This document shows positions 29,087 through 38,513 of a stretch of 64,000 nt of DNA, piece after piece. The DNA is from a virus (Duplodnaviria; Caudoviricetes): IMG/VR virus record IMGVR_UViG_3300033072_000473, positions 1 through 64,000 of that record. One strand, 5' to 3'. Every line of letters starts with the position of its first letter. Position 1 is the stretch's first letter. The translations under genes were made by a program, and so were the position numbers. The notes below the pieces were generated by a model, which saw only the letters and a list, made by a program, of their open reading frames with translations, had not been told where the DNA came from and searched no databases.

Positions 29087-30988
29087 TTAAATTTCACAGA
29101 ATCCAGCAACACAGGCTAGAGTTTGCGCTCCCTCAGTTTCATCATCAATCTCTACAATAGAGTCCCAGTTTAGACTAGTAGGTACTAGTTCCGCTACTTT
29201 ACTAAATTCATCACTAGAACACTCTTCGTAAGGGGCTTGGCGATAAGATCCTCCGTCATGCGGTAGAAAAGATACTCCGCTCATCCAATCGAAGTTTTCC
29301 CATACAAAGTTACCTACTGCAGGCCACTCATGCTCTTTAACATTAATAGTAACAGAGGGTTTATGCTCGCACCAATATTGTTGATAGATTAACCAGAGTT
29401 TTAAATGTTCAATAGCAGTAATGTCATCTCTAGTAATGCCAAATTCAGGGGCTTTTTTAGCAAATGTAAATACCACTGTTTGATCTGGTTTCATTACACA
29501 AGGCTCATTAGGTACACCTTGCTCAATCATAAATTGAGTAAGTGGATCTTTTTTATCGGCTCTAACTCTACGTAAATAGTATTTAGAATGTCTAGCATGG
29601 ATTCCACTTGCGGAATCGGTAAGCTGTGAAACAGTTCCACTAGGTTTTACGCAAGTAATTGCTGCAGCTTGAGGGATACCTAACTCATTGGCTAATTCTG
29701 CATTTGTACTAATACATACTTCTTTAAGTGTTTGAAGAGTCTCAGCTAAAAATTCAGTTTTACCATTGGTAATCTTGTTATCAAAGATACCAGTCATACT
29801 AACACCTAATAGGCGTTCTTCTTCGGTATTCTTTCTCCAAATATCACGAAGGTAAGGAAAGTTAGTAAGAGTTGACTGAAAAGTGCCAAGAATAGTTGCT
29901 AAGCGAACTTTATTGATTAAAGTATCGACTGTATCGTGTTCTCGTACAATAATCTCGCTAAGGTTACAAAACTGGTATGGGCGAAGTATTATTTCACTAC
30001 ACGGATTGGTGCCAAAGTCATGGGTTGAGTCTCTACGACCAATAGCCTCTACAACTCGCTTAGAGGCTTGGCGATTAAATATACCTCGTTCACCAGACTT
30101 AGAGTCGTATAAAGCTAACCACTCCCGCATAAAGCTACCAACATCAGGCTTTTCTGTATAGCAAACAGAGTTATTTGCTAAAGATCTATGTGGTGCAGTA
30201 TCCCACCAAGCGCCAGATTTAGCGTGACGCATGCGATCGTCCGATAAATTAGATAAAGAAATCATGGCACTTCTACGAACGCCACCAACTACAACTACCT
30301 CCCCAATCTTACACATAATATCATGGCACTCTAGAGAGTTTAGCTTACGATTTTGCGCTTGCTTGAATACTTGAATTACAAATTGAAATAGGTCTACTAG
30401 AGGTTCTGGGCCGCTTGCTCTACCGCCAAAAGTTTTAAGCCTAGCGCCTTTTTTTCGTACCTTACTAGTGTCCCATTTTGGTATTTGTCCTGAGAATAGT
30501 AAAGCGATTAACTGTCTAAAAGCGGTAGCCCAGCCCTCTTTACTATCTTCTACTACAATAATAGTAGAAGAATACGTAAGTTTAGGTACTTCAGGTAGCT
30601 TATTAATATATTGACGTTCAACAGAAAAACCTACTCCTGTACCGCATAGTAGTATATACATAGCTTCGTCAAAAGCTTTTTGATCGTCAATAGGTAAATA
30701 GGAGCAGTTATATCCTGCAGTATTATCTCTACGTAAAGCTTCTCCTGCAGTCATCATAGCGCGCATAGACGGCATAATATCTGCAGAATAAATAGCTTCA
30801 AATAGTTCGTTACGTAGTTCTTGACTAATACTATAATCACATTCCTCTAATAGATGTTCTCCGATATAGTCTAAGTACCTATCAATAGTTTCAGGCCAGT
30901 TCTCCCTACGTTGTTTGCTGTCTAAATACCTAGCATATCTAGACTTATGAATAAACTGCTCATAAGGGGTCATTATAAAATTCTGCAT
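29087..30988 (-). CDS. nrdJ: Class II (cobalamin-dependent) ribonucleotide reductase
   Basis: GYNC, VVVGGVRRSA, TNPCSEI, TCVKPSGTVSQL, C-terminal CVAGFCEI; no small-subunit gene nearby. Confidence 0.9.
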   Translation of the reverse strand: MQNFIMTPYEQFIHKSRYARYLDSKQRRENWPETIDRYLDYIGEHLLEECDYSISQELRNELFEAIYSADIMPSMRAMMTAGEALRRDNTAGYNCSYLPIDDQKAFDEAMYILLCGTGVGFSVERQYINKLPEVPKLTYSSTIIVVEDSKEGWATAFRQLIALLFSGQIPKWDTSKVRKKGARLKTFGGRASGPEPLVDLFQFVIQVFKQAQNRKLNSLECHDIMCKIGEVVVVGGVRRSAMISLSNLSDDRMRHAKSGAWWDTAPHRSLANNSVCYTEKPDVGSFMREWLALYDSKSGERGIFNRQASKRVVEAIGRRDSTHDFGTNPCSEIILRPYQFCNLSEIIVREHDTVDTLINKVRLATILGTFQSTLTNFPYLRDIWRKNTEEERLLGVSMTGIFDNKITNGKTEFLAETLQTLKEVCISTNAELANELGIPQAAAITCVKPSGTVSQLTDSASGIHARHSKYYLRRVRADKKDPLTQFMIEQGVPNEPCVMKPDQTVVFTFAKKAPEFGITRDDITAIEHLKLWLIYQQYWCEHKPSVTINVKEHEWPAVGNFVWENFDWMSGVSFLPHDGGSYRQAPYEECSSDEFSKVAELVPTSLNWDSIVEIDDETEGAQTLACVAGFCEI

Positions 30989-31455
30989 TAAACACCTGTG
31001 CTTCCAAATCCTGCGCTTCCGCGGTTAGTTTCATTAAGTTCGTCTTTTGTACTAACATTATGCCATTTGATAGTAGGTACCTGCTTTAGTACAATCTGTG
31101 CAATACGATCCCCATGTTGAATATTAATTTCATGCTCACCAATATTATCTACAATAATACAGATTTCCCCACGATAGTTACTATCAATAGTACCCGGAGA
31201 ATTTGCCACACGCATTTTAGTTTTTAAACTAAGCCCACTGCGTGGGCGCACTTGTAGTTCATAGCCAAACGGTAAAGCTACATATAATCCTGTTTTGATT
31301 GTAGTAGTTTCACCCGGATATAGAAGCTTAGTTTCCAAAGACTTAATATCTAATCCGGCATCCCCATTTTTAGCATATTCAGGGTTATCAAACCCTGAAT
31401 CGTTGAAGATGTCAACCTCTACTTGGTGCTTATAATCGTATCCAACAGTTCTCAT
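30988..31455 (-). CDS. dut: dUTPase
   Basis: AGLDI, VRPRSG, GTIDSNYRGE, RIAQ, RGSAGFGSTG motifs. Confidence 0.95.
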   Translation of the reverse strand: MRTVGYDYKHQVEVDIFNDSGFDNPEYAKNGDAGLDIKSLETKLLYPGETTTIKTGLYVALPFGYELQVRPRSGLSLKTKMRVANSPGTIDSNYRGEICIIVDNIGEHEINIQHGDRIAQIVLKQVPTIKWHNVSTKDELNETNRGSAGFGSTGV

Positions 31456-32285
31456 AAAAATAAAGCGTCAATCTTAGCTGTATTAGCTTGGTTATCCCAA
31501 TTAATAGCATCTTCACAATATGTTAAAATATCTACTAACTGCATATTAAGTTCTAGTAGTTGACCAGATTCGTTTAGTGCTTGAATATACTTTTGTTTAC
31601 CTGCTAGTGGGATACTATCCATAATATCGTATACAGAGCCGTACTTAGTAATAAGTTCTAGTCCACGTTTAGGGCCAATACCTTGTACGCCTTTAATATT
31701 ATCTCCACTATCTCCCATAATTGCTTTCAAGAAAACATAATCTTCTCGATTACAATCATGATGCTCTGACCAGTTATCTACTGTAGTTTCTTTACGAGTT
31801 ACATAGGAGAATCTATTTACTCCTGATTGTACTAAAAGATCCCAGTCTTTATCAGAGGAGGCAAGCCAAACCTGCTCAAGGTTAAACTTTTCTTTATTTC
31901 TAACTATATAACCTGCAATGTCATCAGCTTCAACACCGGGAAATCTAACAAGGGTGAATTCTTGCTCTAGAATTAGTAAGCACTCTTCCCAAGCATTAAA
32001 GAAGCGTTCAAACTTTTCACGTTCTTCTTCAGTTTGAGTTTCGTACTTTTCTTTACGATTTTGCTTATACTCAGGATAGATAGTTTTTCTATAGCTAGAA
32101 GAGCCTTGATCTGCTGCAATTATAATTTTTCCAGCTTTATAAGACTTAGCTAATGAGCGTACTACTTTAATATATTCGTTAGTAAATTCATCGAAGTCTC
32201 TCCAGCGAAATGCCAAGTTAAGACCGTCAATTACCAGAAGTGTATTTTCGTTAGTTTGTGTGAGTTCTTGAAATGTTATTGCCAT
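31452..32285 (-). CDS. 5'-3' exonuclease / flap endonuclease (T5 D15-like)
   Basis: VIDGLNLAFR, EADD, SSDKDWD, GDSGDNIKGVQGIGPKR. Confidence 0.9.
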   Translation of the reverse strand: MAITFQELTQTNENTLLVIDGLNLAFRWRDFDEFTNEYIKVVRSLAKSYKAGKIIIAADQGSSSYRKTIYPEYKQNRKEKYETQTEEEREKFERFFNAWEECLLILEQEFTLVRFPGVEADDIAGYIVRNKEKFNLEQVWLASSDKDWDLLVQSGVNRFSYVTRKETTVDNWSEHHDCNREDYVFLKAIMGDSGDNIKGVQGIGPKRGLELITKYGSVYDIMDSIPLAGKQKYIQALNESGQLLELNMQLVDILTYCEDAINWDNQANTAKIDALFL

Positions 32286-32719
32286 AGTGGTTTACAAAGA
32301 GTTATCCAATCATCTAATATCATAACATAAATATTATCTTTACTCAAGTATATAAATTTCTGAGGTGGTGGAGTGTCTTGTTGAAACGCCACAAATAACT
32401 TAGAGCGATTGAATTTAAATATTAATAAAGGTTGCCTACCTACTTCTTTAGACTCTCTAATTGTTTGAGCCCACCAAGTACTTATCTGTGGACTTACACT
32501 TGTAAGATACTTAGAGGTTAGATGGTCCTCTTCGTAGTTTTTAACTTCTACACAATATACATTTTTTGAGTCTGGGATGTATAGATCCCCTTTTAATTTA
32601 TGTTTAGCGTCTAAAGCGCCCGAACCGGGAGTTCTCTCCCAGTTCAGTCCTGTTAGTTTTCTAAGTGCATCTCTAACAACAGTCTCGCCTCTAGCACCTT
32701 TTTGTCTAGCATCAACCAA
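32276..32719 (-). CDS. PD-(D/E)XK endonuclease / resolvase (T5 D14-like)
   Basis: RQKGARGE, TPGSGA, KGDL, VEVKNY. Confidence 0.8.
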   Translation of the reverse strand: MVDARQKGARGETVVRDALRKLTGLNWERTPGSGALDAKHKLKGDLYIPDSKNVYCVEVKNYEEDHLTSKYLTSVSPQISTWWAQTIRESKEVGRQPLLIFKFNRSKLFVAFQQDTPPPQKFIYLSKDNIYVMILDDWITLCKPLWQ

Positions 32720-34517
32720 GTTCTAACCTACTAACTCCTTCCTCTTTTATAACTAAAATTTTACTAATAAGAGGGTGTGTATATCCGTGCGATATTAGGA
32801 ATGTATTCAAGTACTCTTCACTAAGTAGCACTTCTACTAATTTTTCTTTTCCGAAAGTATCCAAGTTATCAATAGTTTCATCCAAGAATAAAATATTCAG
32901 TCTACACTTAGATAGGCTAGACATTAGTTTTCGTATTGCCAGTAGTGTAGATGTTGTAACTCTTGCTAGCTCACCAGCACTTAAAGCAGTAATATCAATA
33001 GACTTACCATTATCAATAATTACTATATTTAGTTTATCATTATGTAAACTAAACTCTAATTGAAATCTTCCATCACTAAGTTCTGCTAAATAAGTATTAG
33101 TTAGTGATTCTAAGTCTTTTACAGAATTTTCAATTTTATATGCAAGTAAGCCATTAGTAGAAAAAGCCTTTTTAAGAACTTCTAGTAAGCCCATCTGCTC
33201 CTCTACTACTTCCAGTTCCTTACTATGCTCTTCTAGTTCTTTTGTAAATTGCTGTGTTTGTTCCTTAATAGAATCAACCTTAGCATTATGCAAAACAACA
33301 CTTTGATTATACTTAGTTACTGAATCTATTTCCTTACGGATAGCCTCCAAACTAGATTGAACTTCAGCCAGTTCACTAGATATTTCCTCTTTATCTAGCA
33401 ATAATTGAGGAATAGAGTCATCAATTAAATTAGAGTATTTTTCAAAGTCTTCTACTAATTGCTGGTGTTCTTCTAATTTTGAGTTATTTGATTTAGCTTC
33501 TTTAATAATAACAGATAGCTTATCTTTTTCAGTAGATAGTTCTGTTATTACTTTTTGTGCATCTTCAATTATCTTATTGATAATTGAAATGTCAATAGGT
33601 TGATAACAAGTACTACAAGTACCTTCATGTATGTGTTTATGAGAGGTAATTGTTTTCTGAGCAGAAGCTACTGCCGCATTTATTTGAGCAACCCTATCAC
33701 TATACTGACTATACTCAATATACTCATATTGTTTAGCTAGTTGGCTTTTATCAATAGTTTCTAGTAGCTTTTTATACTCATTATTCTTTACAATACTTTT
33801 ATTTGTAGCTTCAATAGTTGCTAAAGTAGATTTTAAAGAACTAACTCTATCAATAATGATAGGGTCTAGCACCGGTGAAGACTTTTCTACTAGATAGCTA
33901 TCTACTTTGCCAGTATTTTTAGCAATCCATGCTTTAATAGTATCTAGCTTTGTCTGTACTGTAAGTAGCCTATCCGCTACGCCTTTATGTACCTTTTTGA
34001 CTTCTTCAAAAATCTTTACATAACGTTCTAGAGATAGTAGCTCAATTAAAAAGTTCTTTCTAGCTGTATCAGTAGCCGTTAAAAATTGAAGAGAGCTATT
34101 AGAGTTTTGATAAACGATTTGACTAAATGTTTTGAAGTCTAAACCTATAATTGATTCTATTTGTTTAAAAGTATCTGTTGCTGTGTGAGAGGAAATATCC
34201 GAACCGTTCTTTAACAGTTTTACTTTTTGTGTTGCTCCAGTCCTACTAAGTTCAATCCTATAGTTATCATTAAATACTTTAAAAGTCAATGTAGCATTAA
34301 ACTTATTAGTATCTAAATTTCTATTTACAATATCACCTTTTTTAATACCTTTAGAATTCTTATTAAATAAAACCTCTTCTAGTATTAAGGGTACTGAACT
34401 TTTTCCATGCCCGTTTAATCCAATCAATTGAGTAATAGGTTCCGATGTAAAATTGATGCCATTATTAGCGCCATACGAGAACATATTACTCCATTCCAAC
34501 TTCTCGAATATAATCAT
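32712..34517 (-). CDS. SbcC/Rad50-like ATPase (T5 D13-like)
   Basis: GLNGHGKS Walker A, coiled coil with CxxC hook, LSAGE signature, FLDE Walker B. Confidence 0.92.
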   Translation of the reverse strand: MIIFEKLEWSNMFSYGANNGINFTSEPITQLIGLNGHGKSSVPLILEEVLFNKNSKGIKKGDIVNRNLDTNKFNATLTFKVFNDNYRIELSRTGATQKVKLLKNGSDISSHTATDTFKQIESIIGLDFKTFSQIVYQNSNSSLQFLTATDTARKNFLIELLSLERYVKIFEEVKKVHKGVADRLLTVQTKLDTIKAWIAKNTGKVDSYLVEKSSPVLDPIIIDRVSSLKSTLATIEATNKSIVKNNEYKKLLETIDKSQLAKQYEYIEYSQYSDRVAQINAAVASAQKTITSHKHIHEGTCSTCYQPIDISIINKIIEDAQKVITELSTEKDKLSVIIKEAKSNNSKLEEHQQLVEDFEKYSNLIDDSIPQLLLDKEEISSELAEVQSSLEAIRKEIDSVTKYNQSVVLHNAKVDSIKEQTQQFTKELEEHSKELEVVEEQMGLLEVLKKAFSTNGLLAYKIENSVKDLESLTNTYLAELSDGRFQLEFSLHNDKLNIVIIDNGKSIDITALSAGELARVTTSTLLAIRKLMSSLSKCRLNILFLDETIDNLDTFGKEKLVEVLLSEEYLNTFLISHGYTHPLISKILVIKEEGVSRLELG

Positions 34518-35460
34518 CGTAAATAGATTTTATCCTGATGATTTTAGTATCATCTAATTTCATTACTTCTTTTAAGTATACACCTAATTCATCCTTTATA
34601 GACATATCAGCCGTAAGTTGTAGAGAAGATTTAGACTCTTTCCTAATAATCTTTTTATCCAGTAGCTCTGAGTCTACTTTAATCGACATATCGGCAGCAT
34701 CACCTTCTAGCTCATATATAGTATGATGAAAGTCAGTTTTAATCATCTGATCTTTAGAAGTAACAGTTTTTCTAATTAACTGTGGTAAGTCTAGTTTTAT
34801 AAACTTATGAGATAGACTAGAACTATCTATAACTATAACTCCTGTAGTAGCCTCATTTCTATGAAAGCTAGTGGTCATTGGAGAACCTGGGTATAGAATA
34901 TTTCGCTGACAGTTTTCATAACTATGAAGGTCACCTGCTAGTACTACTTCCCACCTTTCAAATAGTTCAAGAGGTACTTCAGGTTGAACATGTGGAGGTA
35001 TTTCACCACGTACATGCGTACATAGGATCTTGTTATGGAAGTCAACATCTTGTGGGTGATACTCTTTAAGTTTATTGTAGGGAATAATATCTAAAAGATC
35101 ATCGCTATAGAAGTCATCAATAATAGATGCCCAAGACTCAGTAGCAGAAGCCGTAATGTCTTTAAGATTTGTCAAGAAGCTTGTATTCTTCTTAACGGCT
35201 TCATGATTTCCAGGGTATATAAGTGTATTTAGATGATACTTTTTAATAGTATTTAAGAACTCAAAGTATAGCTCTAGTTCTTCCATACTCGGCATTTTAT
35301 CAAAAATATCACCACCAATAATTAGCATACTACAATTTTCAGCTTCATATACTTCTGCAATACTGGAGAATAGTTGTCTAAATCTATTCTTTTGCCAGTC
35401 TACTGGAACATTTTTCTGCCCCAGCTTAATGTGCCAATCTGCACTAAATAGGATCTTCAT
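34486..35460 (-). CDS. SbcD/Mre11-like nuclease (T5 D12-like)
   Basis: ADWH, GGDIFD, PGNHE, AGDLH metallophosphoesterase motifs. Confidence 0.92.
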   Translation of the reverse strand: MKILFSADWHIKLGQKNVPVDWQKNRFRQLFSSIAEVYEAENCSMLIIGGDIFDKMPSMEELELYFEFLNTIKKYHLNTLIYPGNHEAVKKNTSFLTNLKDITASATESWASIIDDFYSDDLLDIIPYNKLKEYHPQDVDFHNKILCTHVRGEIPPHVQPEVPLELFERWEVVLAGDLHSYENCQRNILYPGSPMTTSFHRNEATTGVIVIDSSSLSHKFIKLDLPQLIRKTVTSKDQMIKTDFHHTIYELEGDAADMSIKVDSELLDKKIIRKESKSSLQLTADMSIKDELGVYLKEVMKLDDTKIIRIKSIYDDYIREVGME

Positions 35461-35617
35461 GCTTAGGTTTATTATAACTTGTCAGAATTCTAGTTCTGTA
35501 CTCTTTAAGTGCTCTATCAAACTCTTTTATAATACGATCAGGGCAGCCCCATTCATACTCATATATTGTTGCGAGCACCCAGCGTAATTCTGCTTCATTT
35601 AACTTATAGCTTTTCAT
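35444..35617 (-). CDS. 57-aa hypothetical protein (MKSYKLNEAE...); not in ORF track
   Basis: Fills the gap between terminator and D12-like gene, overlapping its start. Confidence 0.45.
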   Translation of the reverse strand: MKSYKLNEAELRWVLATIYEYEWGCPDRIIKEFDRALKEYRTRILTSYNKPKHEDPI

Positions 35618-35625
35618 AAAATAGA

Positions 35626-35649
35626 AAAGCCGGGAATACTCCCGGCTTT
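35626..35649 (-). terminator. Rho-independent terminator after the D11-like gene
   Basis: aaagccggg-agtatt-cccggcttt followed by T-rich run on the minus strand. Confidence 0.65.
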
Positions 35650-35653
35650 AATC

Positions 35654-36298
35654 TTAGTACGGAATATCGTCTACAGATTCCTGCATCTCTTCCGGTACTT
35701 CTTCATCAGATTTAGCACTGTCAAGAATATTTTCTTCAATAAACTTCTTCTGTTCGTCTGCTGTTAGACGCGGAACTAGTTCATCAATACTTTGAGCACT
35801 TTCTACAATCTGCAATTCTTCATCAGTAAGAGCACGCTTTTTACAACGTAGTACACTAAGAGTATATTCTACGTTGAAAGCAAGACTACCTGTTTTTTGC
35901 TTTTTGAATACAATATCCCAGCCATCTTCTACAGAGGTAGGGTCGCCAAGGTCTTCTGCTGCATTAAGAATCTGTTCAAAGAGTTTCTTTTTAAGATTAA
36001 TAACTACAGGCTTCTTTTCAGCTACATCAAACCCTTGTACAACATAAGCCCAAGAACACTTCAGGTCAGGGAAGTATTCACGCACCCAATCCTTTTCCTG
36101 ATTAGTAAACTTTTCTTTATTACGATCAAACGACAAGCACTCTACAGGAAGGTCCTTACCATTCTTACCCTTAAGCCAATAAATATAGCGTGGGAGAACT
36201 TCACCAAAGATGCGAATAGTATTTTCGCCATCTTTAAAAGCGTATGCATTAGCACCCTTTTTAGCCTTACCTGCTACTTCTCCAAATTTGATTGCCAT
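35654..36298 (-). CDS. ssDNA-binding protein (T5 D11-like)
   Basis: Acidic C-tail ending DDIPY; synteny with D10/D12. Confidence 0.7.
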   Translation of the reverse strand: MAIKFGEVAGKAKKGANAYAFKDGENTIRIFGEVLPRYIYWLKGKNGKDLPVECLSFDRNKEKFTNQEKDWVREYFPDLKCSWAYVVQGFDVAEKKPVVINLKKKLFEQILNAAEDLGDPTSVEDGWDIVFKKQKTGSLAFNVEYTLSVLRCKKRALTDEELQIVESAQSIDELVPRLTADEQKKFIEENILDSAKSDEEVPEEMQESVDDIPY

Positions 36299-36644
36299 AG
36301 TATTCCTCGTATTTAAATAATATTTCTTTGCCTACTATCTTTAGTAGTCTGTTTGATTTAAGTTTATTTAAGTCTATATCGTAAGCGTAGTATATTGATA
36401 ACTTTGCATTATGCAAGTATTCTGCATCAAAATAATTTCTTCTTGATGCTAAAGCTATATATTCAACTAACTCTGCATCATATGTATTTGGTAACTTAAA
36501 TAACTCAGTATGTTCGAGTAAAAAACTAGTTCCTGAAAACCTTTTATACTCGCCTGATTTAAAACACTTTAATATCTTAAAAATGTTAAAGTTACAATGT
36601 TTGGTTATCTTTTCCCAAGAAAAGAAAGTAGGATACTCCCTCAT
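36267..36644 (-). CDS. Hypothetical protein
   Basis: 125-aa ORF in replication operon, preceded by a promoter. Confidence 0.6.
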   Translation of the reverse strand: MREYPTFFSWEKITKHCNFNIFKILKCFKSGEYKRFSGTSFLLEHTELFKLPNTYDAELVEYIALASRRNYFDAEYLHNAKLSIYYAYDIDLNKLKSNRLLKIVGKEILFKYEEYYGNQIWRSSR

Positions 36645-36653
36645 TGTTTATAA

Positions 36654-36682
36654 ATTATAACATGATTAGATATTAAATTCAA
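36654..36682 (-). promoter_or_regulatory. sigma70-type promoter
   Basis: TTGAAT-17-TATAAT. Confidence 0.7.
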
Positions 36683-36684
36683 GA

Positions 36685-37980
36685 TTATTTATCTAGTACT
36701 CTAATCTTATAACCCTTTCTTAGATAATGATTATATCTGTTACGGGCTTGGTTAACTGTCTGTGAACCTTTTAAATTAATATCTATAATTAAAGGCTGCT
36801 TTTTTCCTTCTTTTAGTCGTACAATTCTACCTATTAACTGTGTTAGCATTGGATCGTTGTTAATAGGTGTTGCTAAAATAATACAACTCAAATCATTTTG
36901 AGATATACCTTCTGCAAAAATAGAACAAGTTCCATATATAATATGTTTATCTCCAGTAGCTACAGAATCTAAAATATCTTGTCTATCCTGCATATTTTTT
37001 ATAGCCCCAGTAATTGCGGCAGCAGGATTTTGAGAATCTCTAGCACACTTTTCTAAAAAGTCTACCCTTGAACCAACTACTAGCACTTTATGTCCTACAT
37101 TTACAGCACTATCAGCAAGTTCAACCACTAGTTTCTTATAGGGTATAGTATGATTCTCTAGGTTAGTTACTTTATCTGCCCACGTAGATCCACTAGGCAT
37201 AATAATATCTGTATTTACTATAAGTACTTCTGGAGTTAAGCAATTTTCTGGATCAGGTTTATAGATATTAAACCCAAAGTAATCATTAAATACTACGTGC
37301 TTACCGTCTTTACGTTCTAGTGTACCAGATAAACCTATTTTATATCTAGCTTTACACTTATCAATAATATTGGAAAAGGTTGTAGCAGGAGTATGGTGAC
37401 ATTCATCAACAATAATTGTACCAAATATATCACTAATTTGTGGTATACATTTAGTTAGTGTCTGTACATTACCAATTACAATAGGTGAATCTAGGTTAAA
37501 CTTACCACTACCAATAACTCCTGCTTGAATTCCAAGAGTTTTTTCTACTTCTTTTACCCATTGGTCTCTAAGCATTGTTGTATGCGTTACTACCAAGGTT
37601 TTCTGCGATAGTTTGGAGGCTATAGCAATAGCGGCAAAGGTTTTACCCCAACTTACAGGAGCGTTCACAATAGCACTATCATCAATATCATCAAATACTA
37701 CTTGTTGTGAATCTCGAAGTGGAAACTTAAACTTAGGAAACTCAACAGGAACTAATACTCGTTTATCTACTATCTCATAGTCAGCAGGTATTAAGTCCAT
37801 TCTTCCAGAGGGTATAGAAAATATTCCGTCCTTAAGCCTAGAGAACGTCTTAATAATTTCAGGGCCGGTATTTAGCTTTGCATACTTTTGTGGTATCCTA
37901 TAGGTTAGTTCTGAAATTATTCTTTCCTGTAGCTCTTTATCTACATTGAGAATTATTCTATTTGATAGTACAGCCTTCAT
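36685..37980 (-). CDS. SF2 helicase (T5 D10 / UvsW-like)
   Basis: PVSWGKT, VDECHH, LSGT, EGIS, QLIGRIVR. Confidence 0.9.
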   Translation of the reverse strand: MKAVLSNRIILNVDKELQERIISELTYRIPQKYAKLNTGPEIIKTFSRLKDGIFSIPSGRMDLIPADYEIVDKRVLVPVEFPKFKFPLRDSQQVVFDDIDDSAIVNAPVSWGKTFAAIAIASKLSQKTLVVTHTTMLRDQWVKEVEKTLGIQAGVIGSGKFNLDSPIVIGNVQTLTKCIPQISDIFGTIIVDECHHTPATTFSNIIDKCKARYKIGLSGTLERKDGKHVVFNDYFGFNIYKPDPENCLTPEVLIVNTDIIMPSGSTWADKVTNLENHTIPYKKLVVELADSAVNVGHKVLVVGSRVDFLEKCARDSQNPAAAITGAIKNMQDRQDILDSVATGDKHIIYGTCSIFAEGISQNDLSCIILATPINNDPMLTQLIGRIVRLKEGKKQPLIIDINLKGSQTVNQARNRYNHYLRKGYKIRVLDK

Positions 37981-38513
37981 AATTTTAGTCTACTAGGTTT
38001 TCTATATTCACGCTCTAGTTCATACAGTAAGTAACCCATACCCACACGTAACACTCTAGCAAACTTTTCATCCACATGCGGCGCACGATTTAAAAAGAAG
38101 CTACAATGAATTCCGTGTACTTTAATAATATACCCCTCTGAAACTTCTATAAACTCTTGTATCTTGAAGGACTCTAATTTAAAGAACTTTGATTTTGTAT
38201 AGTTAAATATTTTACCTTTGCTATCTATAAATTTAGATGCAGGGGTATGCAAAATATCTATAATACTATATAGTGGCTTAGATAGTTTAAATAATTTCTT
38301 ACTAAACATATCTGCTGAAGCTTGATGCTGTAGTCTACGTAACCCAAGGGTCTCACCGGGCATGGACATATTGTCCAGAACCCGGTGATTACCTTCTAGG
38401 TCCTCTACAATTAAACAATTATCTATAGTCTGTATGCAGTGCTCTTTAGCAATTGGGAATATAGGAAATTGGATCTGCCAAAAATTTAGCATACTCTTCA
38501 CCAAACTTATCAT
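37977..38513 (-). CDS. Conserved hypothetical protein downstream of DNA polymerase
   Basis: Contiguous ORF; position matches T5-like phages; exact start uncertain. Confidence 0.6.
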   Translation of the reverse strand: MISLVKSMLNFWQIQFPIFPIAKEHCIQTIDNCLIVEDLEGNHRVLDNMSMPGETLGLRRLQHQASADMFSKKLFKLSKPLYSIIDILHTPASKFIDSKGKIFNYTKSKFFKLESFKIQEFIEVSEGYIIKVHGIHCSFFLNRAPHVDEKFARVLRVGMGYLLYELEREYRKPSRLKL

